Assembly: GCF_006345805.1 (NCBI RefSeq)
Contig: NC_043002.1
Span: 43,214,001-43,278,000, forward strand
Reading direction: 5' to 3'
DNA length: 64,000 bases
DNA from: Octopus sinensis
Taxonomy: Eukaryota
Below, one piece after another: positions 1-64,000 of the stretch. The position numbers and the translations under genes were made by a program. The notes beneath the pieces are model-generated. The model made no database searches. It worked only from the letters and a program-made list of their open reading frames with translations, and was not told where the DNA came from. Each line of letters starts with the position of its first letter. The first letter of the stretch is position 1.

Positions 1-804
1 TGAACGGAATTAAATAATGATAATGCGTTTTATCATAAGTTACATTTAAATATCGCCTTTAATACTTGTTTGCCTTGAGATCTATAGTTATGTATAGGAA
101 ATCTCCCCTTGTTGAATTGGTAGTAACAATTATAGTGAAACAGAATTATCTAAGATGTTTGTAAGATTCTTCCTGAACTTATCTATAGCAGACCGTCTAT
201 ACAACTTAATCATTGTACAGTGTGTGCACGATTTTTAGGGTATCCATGATAAATTACTCGATGAGATCTCAAACACCAGTCCAATCGTAACACCCCATGG
301 ATTGTATTTAAGCAATGTGACTTTTTTGCTTTCATAACTATTCTGATATCGAAGTCACTAATTCTGGTAATTTGTCTATCGAAGTTTAGGACGGTTTTCA
401 GTATTGAAGTGTTGAGATCTACGCTGTCAAACTAGGTGAATTTTGCAGGCAGCTATATACTCGATACCGCAGAACATCTTAATTACGGTGCTCTAATTCC
501 ATTGAGCCAACATTGTAACCCTACTTATATTAGAGTTCATAGTACCGAGAATTACTCATCACATTCGCAGATAACTTCAACTCCAAATCATGAAAATACT
601 CTCCCCAGATAAAAGAAAAGAAAAAACTCGAAAACTTCAAAGCTGCTCTGATAAACATCATCAAAGTGGTACAAGTTCAGTAAAGCTGTCATCGCCATCA
701 CCACTGAAATCATTCCTCCGTGCATGATCATGATCATCTTAATTTTTTTCATTTAACATATGTAAATACTGATGGTAGTTTCTCGTGGTCCGATGATGGG
801 CCTG

Positions 805-1036
805 CTTAAATGATTTGTTTCCCATGATCAAATGCATGTACATTAGCTCGCACCTGCCATCAAGTCAATGTTGCCTGGACAGGTGCACGGCGTACCATAT
901 GTCAGGTGTGGAAGTGATCGCAGAACGACATGAGATGAAATGTTTTGCTCAAGAAAACAGTACAAACCACCCGATCCAGGTACTGAAACCACGACTTTGC
1001 AATCACGAGTGCAATACCTAAACCACTAGGGGCCAT
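805..1036 (-). mobile_element. tRNA-derived SINE (degenerate)
   Basis: Minus strand begins TGGCCCTAGTGG (A box-like) ... GGTTTCAGTACC (B box-like) ... TTCTTGAGCAAAACA. A second copy lies at 37990-38132. Confidence 0.65.
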
Positions 1037-1405
1037 GTGCTTTCGATGTGTATGTAAATATATTAAGAAAAACAGTAATTGGTTGTGTTTTCTTGTATAG
1101 TCACAAACTATTAATTTGAATCTGACTTTGATTTGGCAATATGCAATAGCTAAACATTTTGCAAATCATTGTATTTTTAAAAATCCATATTAATATATAC
1201 AATCCAAATTCTATGGATAAATATTTACCTGTGAAGCTGAAATATTACTTGGGATATGATTTTTAAAAGAGACTATAGTAGCAATAGCTATACAATCTTG
1301 GTTCTTGTAAGTAAAATAAAACTAATATTGCTTTCAGTTTATTTCTTGAAAACGAACTATTCTTGAACTTATTTTATCCTATTTTGTTACATATTCTTAT
1401 TACAG

Positions 1406-57701
<56,296 letters not shown>

Positions 57702-57864
57702 TATTGTTCGAGCATAATCTTAAAAACTATCAAAAAAAATTAACAATTTTAGTTTATATTATTAATTGCTTTATTCATAATACTATAAAGCACATGTTAT
57801 TTGTACCAATGTTTGTTTATTTTTATTCAAGATATAAATTCAATCTCATTAATGTAATTGACGT

Positions 57865-57870
57865 AATAAA
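57865..57870 (+). terminator. Candidate polyadenylation signal of CHS (AATAAA)
   Basis: First AATAAA about 165 nt after the stop codon. Position only; AATAAA is common in this AT-rich DNA. Confidence 0.35.
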
Positions 57871-58424
57871 ATTAACTGATATTATATCATTGTAATTTTG
57901 GATTATTTTGGAGGTGGAGAGACGATATTTTAGTATTTTGGCAGCGGTTCATTGACTATTTAAACTGTGAAACAAATCGTTACATATCTCTATTTATGTA
58001 TCGACACACGCACACAGACACACACACACACGCGCGCGCACACACTCACACGCGCGCACTCACACATGCATGGATATGCATGCATAAATATATATGTATG
58101 CATATATATGTATACATATGTACACACGCAAACGCATACATACGTACAGACATACACACACACAAACACATATATACATACATATATACATTCTTTTATT
58201 TTTATTCTTTTGTTTGTTTCATTCATTTGACTGTGGCCATACTGGAACACCGCTTCAGTAGAAGAAATCGCTGCTAGAATGTATTCTTTGTAAGCTTAGT
58301 ACTTATTTTATCGGCCTCTTTTGCCAAGCCGCTAAGTTACGGGGACGTAAACACATCAGCATCGGCTATCAAACGATAGTAGGGGCACAAACACAGACAT
58401 ACACACACACACACCACACACACA

Positions 58425-58461
<37 letters not shown>

Positions 58462-58683
58462 TATATATATATATAATATATATATATACGACAGATCTCT
58501 TTCAGTTTCTGTCCACCAAATCTACTCACAAGTCTTTGGTCGGCTCGATGCTATAGCAGAAGACACTTGCCCAGTGTGTCACACAGTGGGACTGAACCCG
58601 GAAGCAGGTGGTTAGGAAGCAAGCTTCTTACCATACACCCACACCTGTACCTATATATATATATGTACACACACTCGCGCGCG

Positions 58684-58768
<85 letters not shown>

Positions 58769-58992
58769 TATATATATATAATATATATATATATATACGA
58801 CAGATCTCTTTCAGTTTCTGTCCACCAAATCTACTCACAAGTCTTTGGTCGGCTCGATGCTATAGCAGAAGACACTTGCCCAGTGTGTCACACAGTGGGA
58901 CTGAACCCGGAAGCAGGTGGTTAGGAAGCAAGCTTCTTACCATACACCCACACCTGTACCTATATATATATATGTACACACACTCGCGCGCG

Positions 58993-59025
<33 letters not shown>

Positions 59026-59026
59026 C

Positions 59027-59073
<47 letters not shown>

Positions 59074-59094
59074 ATATATATATTATATATATAT

Positions 59095-59173
<79 letters not shown>

Positions 59174-59379
59174 GCGTGTAATAAAAAGAAATTTTTATTC
59201 GATAGGGAGAAGACAGAAGAATCATTCTCTAAAATCAATTTGACACTCCTCTCCTGCGTTGGTAGCAACACTTGTATGTATAAAAACCATCAAAACCAAT
59301 TTGCATGTTTAGAAACTCGAAATGCACATTTCGAGTAAACTTAGAAGCATGTCTACGCATTATATGTATCTGTAGTGAT

Positions 59380-59760
59380 CCTATAACGGTGCGCGCGCGC
59401 GCACTGTCCATTTTCTATTTCGCGCGTACGAGTGTTGGTGCCTTCACCAGGGCACAGAAAGGAAGGGCCCTCTCGCGCATGCGCGAACCACCGGAAGCAC
59501 GACCCTTTTGCCTACGTGGTAGTTAGCCAAGGCAAGGGGGTCGTAGAACGTTTGACCGCTAGCAGCAGCAGCCAACGACTTGGGACGGCAGCGACCGAAG
59601 GCGACGGACGTATATTTTCTCGCTGTCCAGCTTTGATAGCAGTCGGCCGAAAGCTTTTAACCAAATTGTTGCCGACCACATTCATCTTCCCTGTTCCGGA
59701 CACCATCTTTGATCCGTTCTGTTTTTAGCGGCTGAACATTGTAAATATTACAATCGATTA
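59380..59760. promoter_or_regulatory. CpG-rich promoter-like island
   Basis: Abrupt rise in GC and CpG. GCGCATGCGC (NRF1-type, 59475-59484), CCGGAAG (ETS-type, 59491-59497) and TCTCGCG next to them. Confidence 0.55.
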
Positions 59761-60310
59761 ACTTTCAGCCTTGCGCGCCCAGAACCAAGGACATCAGATA
59801 ACCACTTATTGTTACTGTTACCAAGAAAGAGAATAAAGTAGTATATATATCTTTTACGTCTGCGTCTTGTTGTTTCTGACTGGTAGAGAATCTGGATTAT
59901 TAAAGCAACGGCTAGTGATTGCTTTCTTGTACCCCGAAAGTACAAGAGAAGATATTCACACTAAGTTCGTTACATATCTTTGTATCAAATCTTCAGCTAT
60001 AGCTTCAAGGGCACATTGTCTTCATATCTTCCTGTAATAACATTACTGCTAAGGCTTGTACACTTCCAGTTTTGCGAACTGGGTCCCTAGAAATATTCAT
60101 TGTATTCATATTTCGACGTTTTCCAACTGATGTTGAGCGTATTTCTTGAAAATGTGCCTTAAACATTATTCTTAGACATTAGTCTTCAACAAATATTTAA
60201 TTGTAAAGCAAAAGGTGGGCGTAATGTGAGTTTGAGACCTGAGTATTTACTAAAGGAACATCTTAAATATGCGATGATTTTTAAGTCAATAACAAATTAA
60301 TACTTGTCAC

Positions 60311-60528
60311 TCATATCTCACATAGTTTTGGTTGTTGTTGTTGTTCAGTTCTATATTTAAGAGATGAGGAATTATATACATTATTTACATTATTAACATT
60401 TGACGGATATTTGTCGTTATCTTGTTTGTTATTAACACAACGTTTCGGCTGATATACCCTCCTACCTTCATCAGATGTCTGGGGGAAATTTCGAACCTGG
60501 GTTCTCATTCCTAAGGTATTTTTCGATG

Positions 60529-60592
<64 letters not shown>

Positions 60593-60770
60593 CATTATTA
60601 TTACTATTATTATTATCATCATCATCATTCAGGCCACTGCTTGGAATCGAAATCTTGGGGTTAGTAGTCCGCGCTCTTAACCACTACGACATATGCCCCT
60701 GGGCATAGTGGTTAAGAGCGCAGGCTTCTAACCCCAAGATTCCGATTTCGATCTCAGGCAGTGACCTGAA
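60311..60770. mobile_element. Head-to-head pair of the tRNA-headed PLE terminal repeat: minus copy 60698 to about 60311, plus copy 60699-60770 then (AAT)n
   Basis: Matches 39068-39280: tRNA-like head, (AAT)n, CATCGAAAAATACCTTAGGAATGAGAACCCAGGTTCGAAATTTCCCC. Confidence 0.8.
60434..60479 (-). ncRNA. Minimal type I hammerhead motif
   Basis: GACAU-CUGAUGA-A-GGUAG GAGGGUAUAU CAGCC-GAAA-CG-UU/GUGUU. Stem III is the ACGU palindrome (dimer-dependent); one mismatch in stem II. Confidence 0.68.
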
Positions 60771-60777
60771 TAATAAT

Positions 60778-60836
<59 letters not shown>

Positions 60837-60844
60837 TAATAAAT

Positions 60845-63800
60845 ATAAGACACAAAGGAAATGAAGAATCAGATGAACAGTATAGCCCGCCACGAGGCTT
60901 AATTGAAAGACTGCCATCTGACCAAAGTACGCAAAGGCCTGAAGATACAAGAAATTCTATTGTACCTGTTAAAGATAGCCAGGAAAACGAAAAAACAACA
61001 GTAACTGAAGATCTCGCATTTGCTGAAGAACACAGAGAGTCTATGGCAGAAATGAGGCAGAAAATCCTGAATACGCTTGAAGTTGTAAGACATACATTAT
61101 GAATGATAGAGAACCGCTTCATAAACTCTCAAATACAAACCAAAATAAAAAACAAATCCAAATTGGCAACTATGTAACAAATGAAATAATACGAGAATTA
61201 AAACCTGATTTTACTGAGTTAAATGAAATTATTTACGCTTCTGCTAGGGCAATTGAAACCAGCTGTATGCCCCCGAAAAAACAAAGAAAACAAAACCTGG
61301 GAAGAAATCAAACCTGGAGAAGTAAAATTGAAAAAGAGATTGAATTTATGAGAGGGGAAATATCAATATTAAATGAACTAATATGTGGAAATGATGTAGA
61401 TCCAGAACAGGAAGAAAGATGAAGAGAAAATTTGGATCCTCACCAAGAGAAGAACTGATATCAATAAAAGAAACGCTGAAACAAAAAGTCCAAGCAAAAG
61501 CCCAAGAATACGAAGATTTGAGAAGAGAAACAAGTTTTACAAGCAAAATAAGCTGTTCACATCCAATGCCAAAAAATTCTACAGAGAAATAGGGAAGGAG
61601 AAAGTACCGTTAAAGACCCCCCCTCCCATGGAAGAAGTTCAAAACTTTTGGGAAAGGATTTGGAGTGACAAGAAGACGTACAACATAAATGCAGACTGGA
61701 TTATACAAACTGAAGGATCCTACCAAAATTTACAACAACAAGCATGGGAAGACATCACAATAGCAGACCTAAGAAAGGCACTCACGAAGGCCCATAATTG
61801 GAAATCCCCCGGTAAAAATAGGGTGCCGAATTTCTGACTCGCATCGCTCCCGTGCGCACACGGTAAGCTAGTTCAGCTGCTCAATGGAATTTTGAGAGAC
61901 CCAAAGAAAACACCTGAATGGTTAGCAAGTGGCATTACTTACTTACTCCCAAAGAATAACGAAACCAACCTTCCAAAAAACTATCGGCCTATAACCTGTC
62001 TATCCACCACGTATAAAATCCTAACATCTATCCTGGCGGAGAAAACATATGCATTCATGGAGAAGAACGATATTTTCCCCATTGAACAAAAAGGGTGCCG
62101 CCGAGGCTCTTACGGATGCAAAGATCAACTGCTAATCAATCGTATGATCCTTGAGAACTGTCACAACAAGCGCAGAAATCTCAGCACCGCATGGATTGAC
62201 TATAAAAACGCCTTCGACAGTATACCGCATCCATGGATCTTGAGAGCGCTGGACATCTTTAAAATTTCCCCTGTGATTTCAAACTTCCTGAAGCACAATA
62301 TGTCGTTGTGGAATACGAATCTCCAATTATACCACTCTAATGGAGTACTTGCCTCAGAAAATATAAACATCAACTGTGGAATTTTTCAAGGTGACTCACT
62401 CTCACCTTTAATATTCTGCATAGCCCTAATACCCCTTACAAGTGAATTAAACAGAACAGGGTATGGGTATAAAATTGCCAATAAAAAAATAAGCCATCTA
62501 TTTTATATGGATGACTTAAAACTTTATGGTAAAGACAATAATGAACTTGAAGGCCTATTGCGCACCGTGAAAGCATTCAGCGATGACATCGGGATGGAGT
62601 TTGGACTTGAGAAGTGTGCCAAGGCCACTTTCCAGAAAGGGAAAGTGAAGACCACAAATTCAGTCGTGTTAGATGTTGACACAGTCATAAGAGAGCTTGA
62701 GCAAGAACAGACATACAAATATTTAGGGATAAATGAAGGCTCTGGTATTCAGCATGCAAGCATGAAAGAGAAAATCAGGAAGGAATGTTATAGGAGAGTT
62801 CGTGCAGTCCTGAAATCTGAACTAAATGCACGTAACAAGGTGTTAGCTATAAATTCCCTAGCAGTTCCAGTTGTTACTTATAGCTACAATGTGTTGAACT
62901 GGAATATGAGTGAAGTAAAGAATATAGATAGAAAAATACGCAAGCTGCTGAGTTGTAATAGGATGCACCACCCAAAGGCAGACGTAGATCGCCTTTACCT
63001 TCCCAGAGCCCAAGGAGGTCGAGGCCTGATCCAATTTGAACTAGCTTACAAAACAACCACAATTGGACTGGCCAAGTATCTCGAAATATCGAATGACTGG
63101 ATGCTAAAGCTCGTGGAAAATCACGAGAGACGAAAGAAGCTTCATTCTATCATCAAGGAAAGCAAACAATTTGCTATTGATCTCGTGCAGGATACCCAAA
63201 CTGAACAACCCGAGGGAAGTACGGCAACTATTGTTGCAAAGAAGGTGAAAATGATGGCAATGAAAAAAGCGCACGAGCAATTGGCTGATAGGTGGGAGGA
63301 GAAACCTCTGCACGGCAAATATGTGACCCGCAGCAAACAAGCTGATGTTGACCTGAAGCAAACCCATCAGTGGCTGCGGAGCTCAGGGCTAAAAGCAGAG
63401 AGCGAAGGTTTCATCCTGGCTGCTCAAGACCAAAGCCTATTAACCCGGAACTACCAGGCCAATGTGATGAAAAATGGAGCAGACCCAAAATGCCGATTCT
63501 GCAACGACATGATTGAAACAGTGGACCACCTAATCTCTGGATGTAAAGTCTTAGCACCAGTGGAGTATAAATAAGACATGACAGAATTGGCCAATATCTC
63601 CACTGGCTAATAAGTCGGCATTACAATATCAAAACTGCCGACAAGTGGTATAATCACCACCCTGAGGCTGTAACTGAAGGAGAAAATGTAACCATTCTGT
63701 GGGACTTTCCAGTACATACAGACCGAACCATCAAGGTCAATAAACCAGATATTGTTGTGAAAGACCAAAACAATAAAGTTTGCTTATTGATCGATATGAG

Positions 63801-64000
63801 CATCCCCTGTGATCATAATATCTCAGCGAAAGAGTTTGACAAGCTCAGAAAATATAAAGACCTACTCATTGAAATTGAGAAAATGTGGCATCTCAAGGCG
63901 GTTACAATACCAGTGATCGTAGGAGCACTAGGAATGATCAAGAAGGGAACCGAAAATTATATGAGAATGATCCCTGGCTTACCATCCCTGCAAGAAGTGC
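60845..64000 (+). mobile_element. R4/Dong-type non-LTR retrotransposon (RT, CCHC, REL endonuclease), defective, runs off the window end
   Basis: NYRPITCL, EQKGCRRG, WIDYKNAFD, GIFQGDSLSP, YMDD, CRFC..ETVDHLISGC, then RHD, PDIVV, DMSIP, K..KY and IPVIVGALG. Stops at 61835-61837 and 63572-63574 plus frameshifts. The 5' end sits in (TAA)n. Confidence 0.9.

Noticed and set aside
1-1405. Additional upstream CHS exon or myosin motor domain
   Set aside because: No open, splice-bounded segment with CHS or myosin motifs was found; the 5' end must lie outside the window.
59960-60000. Minus-strand CUGAAGA-UUUG AUA CAAA-GAUA
   Set aside because: GAUA replaces GAAA, and there is no stem I.

Overview
Eukaryotic, AT-rich, microsatellite-dense genomic DNA. 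The SINE families look like those of Octopus (recognition from memory, not a database hit). One protein-coding gene spans most of the window on the + strand: a metazoan chitin synthase. I reconstructed 12 GT-AG exons by hand (1406-57701, 3612 nt, 1203 aa plus stop, every phase compatible, catalytic motifs intact); its 5' exons lie upstream of the window. The introns hold decayed transposons: three Penelope-like elements (PLEs), Tc1/mariner copies, an APE-type LINE, an RTE fragment, tRNA-derived SINEs and probable non-autonomous Helitrons. Downstream are a CpG-rich promoter-like island and an R4/Dong-type REL LINE inserted in an (AAT)n tract. The unexpected signal is a set of type I hammerhead ribozyme (HHR) motifs in about eight unrelated sequence contexts, 16 copies in all (one core-mutated). 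The main cases are a near-identical 557-bp non-coding tandem array with one HHR per unit and a head-to-head inversion, a 2.9-kb palindrome with outward-facing HHRs, and a tRNA-headed HHR element that follows a PLE ORF. Most end in (TA)n tracts, which suggests a retrozyme/PLE-mobilised self-cleaving RNA system. All folds were derived by eye; no cleavage, expression or database evidence is available here.
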